Shown here in pieces: positions 27,247 to 37,891 of a stretch of DNA of 62,583 nt (position 1 is the stretch's first letter; each line of letters opens with the position of its first letter). A program made the position numbers and the translations under genes. Origin of the DNA: an uncultured Thermoplasmatales archaeon (lineage in GTDB: Archaea; Thermoplasmatota; E2; UBA202; JdFR-43). The stretch lies in NCBI GenBank assembly GCA_965563795.1, contig CBEXJS010000001.1:1-62583 (forward strand), in the 5' to 3' direction. The notes under the pieces were generated by a model. It was not told the origin of the DNA and did not search any database. It saw only the letters and a program-made list of their open reading frames with translations.

Positions 27247-28665
27247 TCAATATTCTTTATAGATATAAGTAATCATTCCATTTTCTCCATTTATCTTTCC
27301 ATCAAAACTTATAAATGGTGCTTCATAAGCACCAACAAGGCGGTAACCAAATGCCCAACCTTTAACCAATTTGGAAAAACCTTCTATGCTACATGCCTTT
27401 TTTGCTTCTGAAAAAATACTAATTTCTTTCTCCTTATCATTTCCCTCCCATATGTCAAAAAGCGTGTCAGGATAGTAAATTTCTATGAAAGACAACTTAA
27501 ATGTGAAATTTTCGAAGTTATAATCTATAAATTTCTTGAAAATTTTCTCTGCATCTCCTATATCCATGATTTGATTTGGCAGACCTTCTATATTTTTTGG
27601 CAATTCCTCATAAGGAAAATACGGATTTATTTCTTCTGTTACAACAGGCATAGTTCCTTCTGTTACATTTAAAACAAACTCCTTTTTCAACCCTTTTTTA
27701 CCAAAATATAAAATCCATCCATAACCTTCTTTACTTTCCCAATATTCTGCATAAATGAGGTAAGAACCAGGATTATTCCTTAAAAAATTTTTCAAGCTTT
27801 GCTGTTTATAAGCAATGGCAATAGCTTCTCTTAAACTCATTTTCATCTGGCTTTCTCCTTGAGCTGGTCCTAAATCCTTCCATTCAGAAGAATTAAAGTT
27901 TCTTGATGAAGTGTAGTTCACGATTCCAAGCTTTAATTCTTTTCCTTTTCCTCTCTTGAAACTTTTCAAAACAAACGAATATGAATTCTTTCGATTTCCA
28001 TAATCTGTTTCAAATGTTATTTGATATGGAAATGAATAGCCATTTTTTATCCAGACATAAAGTCTGGAGGTATTAAATGGCACAACAATTTCCAATGCTT
28101 TTTGATTTTTATCATAGCTTGCTGTCCAGTTAAAAATTCTTCCTTCATAAACAAATGAGCCATTTGTATTTGGTTTAAATTCTTTCTGCAAAAAATTATC
28201 TAAAAAATCGTTTATTGGCATTGTATTAATCAAAATCTGTCTATCTCTATTAACAGCATGGTGGATGGTATTGCTTTTTATTATTCCTCCTAAAACATTA
28301 TTATCATAAATCCTATAAATGTGTTTTTCCAAGTTTATTGGCAATTCTTCAATTTCTCCTTCAGGAGTATAATTATAAGGTGTTTCTGATAAACTCATGT
28401 AAAATTCAATAGCTTTTATTTTTTTCCCAAAACCATCTTCAATTTGTGCATCTTTTATTTCTATTTTTGCCTCTCCCCTACTAACATAGATAAAAAAGCC
28501 TTCTTCTGTTTGCATGGTAGCTTTTCCAAAAAGCTCATAAGTGGCTTTGTCTCCTATTCTAAAAGCATCTGTTTCAAAAACATCTGGTATTTTCTCCTCT
28601 CCTCCTTTCTCAATGCATCCTGCAAGAAGTATTAGCACTATTAACAATACTATTTTATTCTTCAT
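27247..28665 (-). CDS. Lipoprotein of unknown function embedded in the que operon
   Basis: The track ORF extends to 28791 but overlaps queC. The internal ATG at 28665 gives MKNKIVLLIVLILLAGC, a signal peptide plus lipobox-like LAGC. The protein is 472 aa and I recognise no domain. Confidence 0.5.
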   Translation of the reverse strand: MKNKIVLLIVLILLAGCIEKGGEEKIPDVFETDAFRIGDKATYELFGKATMQTEEGFFIYVSRGEAKIEIKDAQIEDGFGKKIKAIEFYMSLSETPYNYTPEGEIEELPINLEKHIYRIYDNNVLGGIIKSNTIHHAVNRDRQILINTMPINDFLDNFLQKEFKPNTNGSFVYEGRIFNWTASYDKNQKALEIVVPFNTSRLYVWIKNGYSFPYQITFETDYGNRKNSYSFVLKSFKRGKGKELKLGIVNYTSSRNFNSSEWKDLGPAQGESQMKMSLREAIAIAYKQQSLKNFLRNNPGSYLIYAEYWESKEGYGWILYFGKKGLKKEFVLNVTEGTMPVVTEEINPYFPYEELPKNIEGLPNQIMDIGDAEKIFKKFIDYNFENFTFKLSFIEIYYPDTLFDIWEGNDKEKEISIFSEAKKACSIEGFSKLVKGWAFGYRLVGAYEAPFISFDGKINGENGMITYIYKEY

Positions 28666-29311
28666 ATTCAGTCGGATCCTCCACATTTGCCTCTTTAAAT
28701 GCTTTCTTCCTAAGCTTACAAGATGGGCATCTTCCACAATGTTTTTCTCCTTCCCTATAACAACTCCATGTTTTTTCAAATGGAACTCCAAGCTCTATCC
28801 CTTTCTTTACAATTTCTGCTTTTGAAAGATAAAGGAGAGGTGCTTTTATTTTTATTGGTCTTCCTTCTACGCTTCTTTTTAAAGCTAAATCTGCCATTTT
28901 TTGAAATGCCTCCAAATATTCTGGTCTACAATCTGGATAGCCTGAATAATCTATTGCATTTACTCCAATATAGATATAATCTGCATCAATAACTTCAGCA
29001 TAAGCTAAAGCAAATGATAAAAAGATGGTATTTCTTGCTGGAACGTAAGTTATAGGGATGCCATAAGTTTCTTCAGGCACCTCTATATTATCTGTTAAAG
29101 CGGAGCCACCTATTTGGCGGAGATTTACCTCCAAAATTTTATGTTTTGCATTAAGCCATTTTGCAATTTCTTTAGCTGACTCCATTTCTTTCTTGTTTCT
29201 TTGCCCATAGTTGAATGTGATGGCATAAATTTCATATCCTTCATTTTTTGCAATAGCTGCTGAAACGGCACTATCCATTCCTCCAGAAATCAAGCAGACT
29301 GCTTTTTCCAT
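28655..29311 (-). CDS. queC: 7-cyano-7-deazaguanine (preQ0) synthase
   Basis: Has the PP-loop SGGMDSAV and C-terminal zinc cysteines CGRCPSC. The track ORF starts at GTG 29320; the ATG at 29311 gives MEKAVCLISGG. Confidence 0.9.
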   Translation of the reverse strand: MEKAVCLISGGMDSAVSAAIAKNEGYEIYAITFNYGQRNKKEMESAKEIAKWLNAKHKILEVNLRQIGGSALTDNIEVPEETYGIPITYVPARNTIFLSFALAYAEVIDADYIYIGVNAIDYSGYPDCRPEYLEAFQKMADLALKRSVEGRPIKIKAPLLYLSKAEIVKKGIELGVPFEKTWSCYREGEKHCGRCPSCKLRKKAFKEANVEDPTEYEE

Positions 29312-29760
29312 TCCGCCCACGCTCCTTGGCCGTAGCCTTCATCTATTCCAAGCCTAATAGCAGATATATTTTCTAAATCAATTTTCTCTAAAAATTTTTT
29401 TAGGATATAGTTAGCTAAATTTTCTGCGGAAGATGAATAAATGGGCAGGAAAATGCAATCTTCTTTTGGAAATACATATCTCTTACCAGCATATTTTACT
29501 TCTACTTCTTCTCCTTTTTTAATTTCAAGCTTTCCATTCATTGGTATAATTACTTTGTGGTCTAACTCTTCTATTATTTCTTTTAAAGCTTTTTTAACAA
29601 CCCTAAAATCAATAATTATTCCTTCTTTTATCTCGCCTTTCAGAATAACATGGACAGCATATGTATGCCCATGAAGCCTAGAGCATTTTGAATAATCTGG
29701 AAGAAAATGCGAAGCATCAAATGTTAGCTTGCTTCTCCACCCATCAATCCTTATTTCCAT
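29290..29760 (-). CDS. queD: 6-carboxy-5,6,7,8-tetrahydropterin synthase
   Basis: Has FDASHFLP and CSRLHGHTY, the PTPS/QueD zinc and catalytic motifs. Length is 156 aa. Confidence 0.85.
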   Translation of the reverse strand: MEIRIDGWRSKLTFDASHFLPDYSKCSRLHGHTYAVHVILKGEIKEGIIIDFRVVKKALKEIIEELDHKVIIPMNGKLEIKKGEEVEVKYAGKRYVFPKEDCIFLPIYSSSAENLANYILKKFLEKIDLENISAIRLGIDEGYGQGAWAEWKKQSA

Positions 29761-29814
29761 GCATATCTTATTGGCATATAATATAAAAAAGTTATATATA
29801 AGAGGAATCGAGGA

Positions 29815-29882
29815 ATGAAAAAGAATGTTACTATTGCTATCATCGCATAGAAAGAATTACTCAACAATATTCCTTTTCATTT
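29815..29882. repeat. Compact inverted pair of the intergenic repeat family
   Basis: The sequence aatgaaaaagaatgttactattgctatcatcgcatagaaagaattactcaacaatattccttttcattt has ATGAAA/TTTCAT arms at both ends. Confidence 0.5.
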
Positions 29883-29959
29883 GCTTTTGATGGTTAAGGA
29901 AATTGTATTTTCCTTTCTTCCTTCCCATACTTTTTTATAACATTCGCTTTTCTTTAAAC

Positions 29960-30367
29960 ATGTTTAAAATTATTGAGCATACTGCAGATGTTGGCATAGA
30001 AGCATATGGAGAGACATTGGAAAAAGCTTTTGAAAACGCTGCCAAAGGAATGTTTGCAATCATAACAAATAATGGGAAAATTGAGAGCAAGATAGAAAGA
30101 AAAGTTGAAATTCCATATGAAGGAGATGATGAGCTTCTGCTTGTTGACTGGCTTTCTGAATTGCTTTACATTCATGATGTTGAAAATTTAGTTTTTGGAG
30201 ATTTTAAGGTAAAAATAAATGATAAGCTTGTTGGCTATGCATATGGAGAAAAATATGACAGACAAAAACACGGCTATGGAATGCAAATTAAGGCAGTAAC
30301 ATATCATATGCTTGAGATAAAAAGAAATAAAAAAGGAGTTACCATTAAAGTATTATTTGATATATAG
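29960..30367 (+). CDS. Archease (RtcB activator)
   Basis: MFKIIEHTADVGIEAYG is the canonical archease N-terminus. The 19-codon upstream extension in the track has no support. Confidence 0.85.
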   Translation: MFKIIEHTADVGIEAYGETLEKAFENAAKGMFAIITNNGKIESKIERKVEIPYEGDDELLLVDWLSELLYIHDVENLVFGDFKVKINDKLVGYAYGEKYDRQKHGYGMQIKAVTYHMLEIKRNKKGVTIKVLFDI

Positions 30368-30376
30368 GTGAGAAAA

Positions 30377-31836
<1,460 letters not shown>

Positions 31837-31840
<4 letters not shown>

Positions 31841-32550
31841 TAGACTTAGTAATAAAAGCTGTAATCTGCATAGCATTTGCCATTCTAGCAATAAAATTTA
31901 GAATATTAGACCATGGAGGAACGATATCTGCAGTGATAATAGGAGGCATCATTTTGTTTAGCCAAGGAATAAGATGGTTTTTATTGCTTCTTATCTTTTT
32001 AATTTTAGGAGTAATAGCAACAAAATATAAGGAAAATATGAAAAGGAAAAGGTTAAGGGAAAGGGCTTCAAGAAAAGCCGGGAATGTGATTGCAAATGGT
32101 CTAATTCCTGCTTTTCTGGCAGCATTATCAATAAAATATGATTTTTCTGCTCTTTTTGTGGCATCAATAGCGGTTGCTTTAGCAGATACTTTTGCTTCTG
32201 AGCTTGGGGTTCTTTCTGATAATGCATATCTCATAATAAATTTAAAAAAGGTTGAACCAGGCACAAATGGAGCAATTTCTTTGTTAGGCGAGTCTGTTGC
32301 TCTTCTTGGAGCATTTATAATTTCTTTTCTTGGCTTTTTCCTTTTAAATTTAACCATATACGAATCTATTCTATGCATTCTTCTTGGCTTGTTTGGCTGT
32401 CATATTGATTCATTACTCGGAGCTACTTTTCAAGGAAGATATAAAGGAAATATAAGAGGGGAAGATAGCATTTTAACAAACAATGACGTAAATTTAATTT
32501 CTATAGCTATAACAACATTAGTAGCATTCATTATAATTGAAGCAATATAA
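31837..32550 (+). CDS. DUF92/TIGR00297-family membrane protein (VTE6-like putative polyprenyl-phosphate kinase family)
   Basis: The 237-aa polytopic ORF shares an ATGA overlap with the rtcB stop. The [11 protein letters not shown] and ADTFASELG motifs are typical of DUF92. Confidence 0.55.
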
Positions 32551-32603
32551 CTTCACTGCTAAACAATTCATTATCATTTTAATTTTGCAATCTAAAAACT
32601 ATG

Positions 32604-33209
32604 CTATTTTCTTTTTCCATAAAGCATAACAACGTCATAGTATGCAACTCTCTTTTCATGAAATGGCAGGGATGCCTTTATTGGAAATTTGTACTCTTTT
32701 TCCATAAGTATTTCCCATTCATTTTTTTCAACCATCTTTTTTATAAAATCAACACTCTCTTTTAAATGCAAAGAATAAAATGCTTTGCTTATTTCCATTG
32801 CTTTCATAACAAATTTTCTATCTGATTTTCTATTTGCATATTGGGCTCCAAAAGGAGGATTCATTATGACAACATCTCCTTTTTCATTAAACTCCTCTAC
32901 ATCCATAACATAAAAATCTATATTTATTCCGAATTTCTCCACCTCTTTTTTTGCAATAGCAACAAGCTTTTCATCTATATCTACAGCTATAACCTTCTTT
33001 GCTTTTAATAAAGCGGAACCAATAGCAAAAATTCCTGTTCCACATCCCAAATCAATAACAATCTTATTTTCAATATCTCCATTATAATAAGCAGTCCATA
33101 AAATATCTGCTGCTATGCTCGCAGGCGTTGTATATTGTTCAAGCTCTGCTTTTATTTCTTTTGGCTTTTCTATGCTCTCCAGCAATATTTCTAAATCTTT
33201 CTTTTTCAC
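32604..33209 (-). CDS. Class I SAM-dependent methyltransferase with NPPF motif (METTL5-like)
   Basis: Has the SAM motif I DLGCGTGIFAIG and the catalytic NPPFG. Length is 201 aa. Confidence 0.55.
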   Translation of the reverse strand: MKKKDLEILLESIEKPKEIKAELEQYTTPASIAADILWTAYYNGDIENKIVIDLGCGTGIFAIGSALLKAKKVIAVDIDEKLVAIAKKEVEKFGINIDFYVMDVEEFNEKGDVVIMNPPFGAQYANRKSDRKFVMKAMEISKAFYSLHLKESVDFIKKMVEKNEWEILMEKEYKFPIKASLPFHEKRVAYYDVVMLYGKRK

Positions 33210-33252
33210 ATCTTTAATTGCTTAAACATAAATAAGTTGTTGCGATGGTTTA

Positions 33253-33320
33253 ATGAAAAATGGTGCTGTTGATGACAAATATAAGGTAAGGGAATTGCTA
33301 TAGCAGCATCTCCTTTCATT
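33253..33320. repeat. Compact inverted pair of the intergenic repeat family
   Basis: The sequence is atgaaaaatggtgctgttgatgacaaatataaggtaagggaattgctatagcagcatctcctttcatt. Confidence 0.55.
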
Positions 33321-33541
33321 ATAGGCAAAATATCATGGAATATCTCTCTTTTTCGACTGTGGTTATAACCACGTGGGTTTGGTTGAGGAAGCTTCTTAGC
33401 TATGGATGAAGTAGTCATAATGTGGCTTCGCCACGAATAGGTGTATATCATAAAGGAATAAAAATTGAAATTGCATATAAAAAGAGAGGCGGGCTTTACA
33501 TAGGTGTTGAAAAAATGAAAGAGAAGGTTTCATTAGCTTCT

Positions 33542-33585
33542 TTGCATGGAATGAAATTTACTATGACAGCACTCCCATTTCGTTT
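33542..33585 (+). repeat. Solo unit of the intergenic repeat family
   Basis: The sequence ttgcatggaatgaaatttactatgacagcactcccatttcgttt closely matches the units at 7119-7164 and 52169-52210. Confidence 0.65.
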
Positions 33586-33623
33586 ATTTTTCATCAACCT
33601 CCATTTTCATGAATCAAATTTGG

Positions 33624-34151
33624 TTAACTAACGTATCCAAGCTCTGTTAACTTACTCAAAACTTTTTCAACGCTTTCTTCAACGCTTTCTTTATCTGTTT
33701 CAACAACGATCTCTGGATTTTCTGGTTCTTCATATGGGTCATCTATGCCTGTAAATCCTTTTATTTCTCCATTTAAAGCTTTTTTATACATTCCCTTAAC
33801 ATCTCTTTGAATGCATGTATCTAATGATGCTTTAACATAAACTTCAATGAAATTCTTGCAAATGGAGCGAGCAAAATCTCTATTCTCTCTATACGGACTA
33901 ACAAAGCTACATAGCACTATTACACCACGCTCCGCCAACAACTTTGCCATTAAAGCAATATATCTCAAATGTTTGTTTCTTCCTTCTTTTGAAAAATCTT
34001 TGTTCCTAATATAGTCTCTAACTGTGTCTCCGTCAAGTAATTCAACGTCCTTGCCTTTTTCTTGCAATATTTCCATTAGTTTTTTTGCAATGGTTGTTTT
34101 GCCAGAGCAGGGCAAACCAGTAAACCAAACTACACATCCTCCTCCTTTCAT
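33624..34151 (-). CDS. cysC: Adenylylsulfate (APS) kinase
   Basis: Has the P-loop GLPCSGKTT and the typical LDGD motif. Length is 175 aa. Confidence 0.85.
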   Translation of the reverse strand: MKGGGCVVWFTGLPCSGKTTIAKKLMEILQEKGKDVELLDGDTVRDYIRNKDFSKEGRNKHLRYIALMAKLLAERGVIVLCSFVSPYRENRDFARSICKNFIEVYVKASLDTCIQRDVKGMYKKALNGEIKGFTGIDDPYEEPENPEIVVETDKESVEESVEKVLSKLTELGYVS

Positions 34152-35509
34152 TTTATCACCTTTCCTTCCATATGCAATGGGGCTTTAATTCCCAATTGAC
34201 TAAGCAATGTAGGAGCAAAATCATAAATGCTTACACCATCTAATTTTCCATTTCCTGGATACATTACAAAAACTCCAAATTTATCGTGAACAGCATCATC
34301 TGGTCCTGTATCATTTTTTTCTAGATGCACTTTTCCATGCCCAATTGTACCTGCAGAACGCCAGTATAAATCATCAAAATAAACCATAATATCTGGTGGG
34401 TTTCCTCTGCACTCTGGGTAAATTTCTTCGGGGGTAAAAACTTTATTAGCCATTTTATTTCCTCTATCATCCTTTGCATTCATCAACTCTTCCATTAATT
34501 CCTTTCGCACCTTCTCAAATTCTTCTCTGCTTATAATCCCATTTTCCTCTCTTCCTTTAACATTCAAAAACACCCTCGCATAGTATCCGCCCCATCCCCA
34601 AGCCTTTGTTTTACTCCAATCAATATTTGCTTTGTCCAAGCTGATAATATTTTTTGGTTCTTCTTTCAAAACGAGCCACCTCTTTTTTATAAGCCATTCA
34701 TTTATACAAAATGCTCCCTTCATTCTTTTCGCTCCATGATCAGATACAATAAAAATTTTTGTGTCTTCATCAACTATCTTGAGTAGCTCTCCCAGATTCT
34801 TATCTAAGAGTTTATAATAATCTCTTATAACATTTTTATATGGTGAGTTTGGCTCATATAGATGATGTTCTTTATCAAAATATCTCCAAAACGCATGCTG
34901 AACTCTATCTAATCCTATTTCAACAAACCAGAATAAATCCCATTCTTTATTTTCCATTAGATATTTAATGACTTCATGCCTTCTCTCTGTCATTTCCCAT
35001 AAATTTTTTACCAATGCATCTTTTTCATCTGTTCTGAATTCAACATCAAAAATATACTCTCCAACCAATCTTTCAATTTCCTTTTTTAGCTCTGGAGGAT
35101 AAGTATATTGTTTTTCTGCATCTGGTGTTATAAAACAAGATATCATACAGCCTTTCAAAGGCAAAGGAGGATATGATGGTGGTAAACCAATAATGCAACT
35201 TTTCTTCCCATATTTGGCTAAGATATCCCAAACTTTCGGATATTTTTTGAATTTTGTTGAATCTGCAATCCATATATCATTGTAACTATTTCCTTTTCTA
35301 TGCCTAAAACCATATATTCCATGTCTTCCTGGATTTACACTCGTTGCCATTACCATCCATGCTGGAATTGTTATAGGGGGATCACAACTTTCCATTGGAG
35401 CATATGTAGAGTTTTTTAGCAGTCTCTTAAAATTTGGCAAATCATCCAAAAATCTATTGAAAAGCAAATCTGGCACTGCACAATCCCATCCGATAACTAA
35501 TGCTCTCAT
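34148..35509 (-). CDS. Alkaline-phosphatase-superfamily enzyme (type I phosphodiesterase/nucleotide pyrophosphatase-like), substrate unknown
   Basis: Has an N-terminal metal-ligand context (VIGWDCAVPD), a nucleophile context (DPPITIPAW) and VSDHG. It overlaps both neighbours in the sat-cysC operon. Confidence 0.55.
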   Translation of the reverse strand: MRALVIGWDCAVPDLLFNRFLDDLPNFKRLLKNSTYAPMESCDPPITIPAWMVMATSVNPGRHGIYGFRHRKGNSYNDIWIADSTKFKKYPKVWDILAKYGKKSCIIGLPPSYPPLPLKGCMISCFITPDAEKQYTYPPELKKEIERLVGEYIFDVEFRTDEKDALVKNLWEMTERRHEVIKYLMENKEWDLFWFVEIGLDRVQHAFWRYFDKEHHLYEPNSPYKNVIRDYYKLLDKNLGELLKIVDEDTKIFIVSDHGAKRMKGAFCINEWLIKKRWLVLKEEPKNIISLDKANIDWSKTKAWGWGGYYARVFLNVKGREENGIISREEFEKVRKELMEELMNAKDDRGNKMANKVFTPEEIYPECRGNPPDIMVYFDDLYWRSAGTIGHGKVHLEKNDTGPDDAVHDKFGVFVMYPGNGKLDGVSIYDFAPTLLSQLGIKAPLHMEGKVIK

Positions 35510-36462
35510 TTTATCTTCTCCAATATTATTTCAACAAATTCTTCACATTCTTCCTTTGGCACAATTGCACCAACAACATTTTTCTTTCCACCAGCAACAT
35601 AACCTTTACTTTTAGCTAAATCTATTAAATGATAAACATCTTTACCTCTCACATATACCTGGCTATCTTTTTCAAAAAATTTATCATTTATGACAATAAC
35701 ATAATCATTTTTCTTCCATAACTCTCTTGCTACCGTCGATATTATATTGCATTTACTTTTGATTCTTTTTATTAAAATTCCATTTACTATTTCTTCTTCT
35801 GCTTCCAAAGCTTTCTTTATCTCTTCTTCAATTTTCTTCTTATTTTCATTCCATTTTTTATTGCTTATAATAAATTCTTTTTTATTTTCTGCATTTGCAA
35901 GAAGTTTGGGGGCGTTCTCTACTTCTTTTTTATCCCCTACTTTATAATTAGCATCAATTAACTTTACCATATCATGCATTTCCTCAAAGCTCAATCCGTT
36001 TTCTTCCATAAATTTTTCAAGTTTGCTATAAAATTTCGTATTCTTTATTCTCTCTTCCCAATCACCAACAACTCCAAGAAATGCAAGAAGGTTTTTTTGG
36101 CTTAAATAGTTTCCAACAACCCAGGAAGCAGATGGAAAATCTTCCTCACTTTTTCCTTCTATTATTGGATTTATGTATTCTACTCCACTTAATTTTTTTG
36201 TTAAATGGTGATCAAAAACTTTAATTTTTGCAATTTCTGTTAATCTTTTTAAGCTATTTTCATGCAATGCTAGGTCAACAATGTATATTTCCTCATATCC
36301 TTTCTTTTCTATTTGCTCAATTTCATCATCTGTCAAAAAATAATTTCCAATTGTTGGAGTCATTAAATCTATTCCATCTTTATAAAGTAATGATGCAGAA
36401 CAAATTCCATCTGTGTCCCAGTGATGCAAGATTAACATTTTACTCAACAAAAGGGTTTTCAT
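35506..36462 (-). CDS. DHH-family phosphoesterase (candidate pAp phosphatase / nanoRNase)
   Basis: Has motif I (HHWDTDG), motif II (DLA) and the DHH motif (VFDHH). An alternative ATG lies at 36438. Confidence 0.6.
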   Translation of the reverse strand: MKTLLLSKMLILHHWDTDGICSASLLYKDGIDLMTPTIGNYFLTDDEIEQIEKKGYEEIYIVDLALHENSLKRLTEIAKIKVFDHHLTKKLSGVEYINPIIEGKSEEDFPSASWVVGNYLSQKNLLAFLGVVGDWEERIKNTKFYSKLEKFMEENGLSFEEMHDMVKLIDANYKVGDKKEVENAPKLLANAENKKEFIISNKKWNENKKKIEEEIKKALEAEEEIVNGILIKRIKSKCNIISTVARELWKKNDYVIVINDKFFEKDSQVYVRGKDVYHLIDLAKSKGYVAGGKKNVVGAIVPKEECEEFVEIILEKIK

Positions 36463-37555
36463 AGCTCATGACAATCTCCGCCACTTCTTTCCTCATCATT
36501 GTTTCTGGCGGTATCTCTCCATTCTGGATCATCTTTCTTATTGCCGTCCCACTGTAATAAATGTGATGTTCCTTATCATGAGGACATATTTTTTCATTTA
36601 CTACACCCCCACATTTCTTACAATAGAAAAATGATTTGAAGAAAATTGGTGTAATACCTAAATCTGGAAATTCTCTAAATATTTCTTGAGCTTCATATGG
36701 TCCATAATAATTGCCTACTCCTGCATGGTCTCTGCCGACAATGAAATGAGTGCATCCAAAATTCTTTCTTACAATTGCATGAAATATTGCCTCTCTTGGC
36801 CCAGCATATCTCATTTCTGTTCTTAAAATTGCTAAGACGGCTCTATCCTTCAAATAGTAATGTTGAATTAAAGCATCATATGCTTTTAATATGACCTCAT
36901 CCTTAAAATCTCCTTTTTTCTTTTTACCTATAATTGGATTTATGAAAATTCCATCTACAAAAGTCAATGCTGTCTTCTGAACATATTCGTGTCCAAGATG
37001 AGGAACATTTCTTGTTTGAAATGCAACAATTTCTCTCCATCCTTTTTCTTTAAATAAAATTCTTGTCTCATAGGGCTTTAAGTAGTATTTCTCAAAGTTT
37101 TCTCTTCCTTCTTTAACTAATTCTATTTTTCCTCCCGCAAGTTTATTTTTCATATCCATTACTTTTTTAACTCCTGGATGCTGTATATCTGTTGTTTTAA
37201 ATACTTTTTCAGCATATTCTTTCTTATTATAATCATAGATTTCTTCTATAGCAAATGTTGCAAGCATTCCATTTTCTGCTTTAAGCAATACTTCATCTCC
37301 TTCTTTGAATTCATTTCCTTCTAAATCGAAGACAATTGGAATTGTCCATGGTAAATCATTTTGGAGGCGCATATGGTGCAAAACGTGCTCAAAGTCTTCT
37401 CTGCATAAAAATCCTTCTAATGGTGAAAAAACTCCGAAAGCAATGTTTTCTATATCATGGGCTAACTCTTTGCTTATTTCTATGCTATCCATGTCATCAA
37501 TGTCTTTGTTTCTATTTACTCTATATATGAGTTTTCCGCCGTGTGGAGCTGGCAT
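36440..37555 (-). CDS. sat: Sulfate adenylyltransferase (ATP sulfurylase)
   Basis: Has QTRNVPHLGHEY and VGRDHAG, plus a C-terminal zinc-ribbon-like CKKCGG...CPH. Length is 371 aa. Confidence 0.85.
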   Translation of the reverse strand: MPAPHGGKLIYRVNRNKDIDDMDSIEISKELAHDIENIAFGVFSPLEGFLCREDFEHVLHHMRLQNDLPWTIPIVFDLEGNEFKEGDEVLLKAENGMLATFAIEEIYDYNKKEYAEKVFKTTDIQHPGVKKVMDMKNKLAGGKIELVKEGRENFEKYYLKPYETRILFKEKGWREIVAFQTRNVPHLGHEYVQKTALTFVDGIFINPIIGKKKKGDFKDEVILKAYDALIQHYYLKDRAVLAILRTEMRYAGPREAIFHAIVRKNFGCTHFIVGRDHAGVGNYYGPYEAQEIFREFPDLGITPIFFKSFFYCKKCGGVVNEKICPHDKEHHIYYSGTAIRKMIQNGEIPPETMMRKEVAEIVMSYENPFVE

Positions 37556-37556
37556 T

Positions 37557-37796
37557 TTAATCTAAATAACCCAATGCCCTCAATCTTTCCTTTATTTTTT
37601 CCTCGTCTTCTTTGCTAAACACTTCTTCTTTCTCTTCCTCTTCCATGCTTGCTAAAAGCTCTCTCAACACATAAGTAACATAGCTGGATATTGAATTAAA
37701 TCCAGTTCCTTCTATCCTCTTCTTTATTTTCTCTGCTAAAGGAGTTGGTATAGAAACTGTCGTATATTTTCCTTTTTCTTCTTTTTCCTCTGCCAT
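37557..37796 (-). CDS. Ribbon-helix-helix (CopG family) DNA-binding protein
   Basis: The internal ATG at 37796 gives MAEEKEEKGKYTTVSIPTPLAEKIKK..., a beta-strand plus two helices. An acidic tail follows. Its stop lies 1 nt before the sat start. Confidence 0.55.
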   Translation of the reverse strand: MAEEKEEKGKYTTVSIPTPLAEKIKKRIEGTGFNSISSYVTYVLRELLASMEEEEKEEVFSKEDEEKIKERLRALGYLD

Positions 37797-37891
37797 GTTC
37801 CTGTAATTAAATATTATTATAAAAAGTTTTGTAAGATATGTTAGCAACTGTCAAAAATCATGAGAAGAAATATAAATATAAGAATTTTTAA

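Noticed and set aside
28666-28791. N-terminal extension of the lipoprotein ORF (and the similar extensions 29903-29959 of archease and 37797-37847 of the RHH gene)
   Set aside because: The lipoprotein extension overlaps the queC coding region, and the other two run into intergenic DNA. Internal ATGs give canonical N-termini: a signal peptide with lipobox, MFKIIEHTADVG, and the RHH beta-strand.
33206-33631. Track ORFs 33206..33451 (-) and 33422..33631 (+)
   Set aside because: They overlap each other and the repeat units, have odd composition, and lack plausible promoters or homology. I treat them as non-coding.
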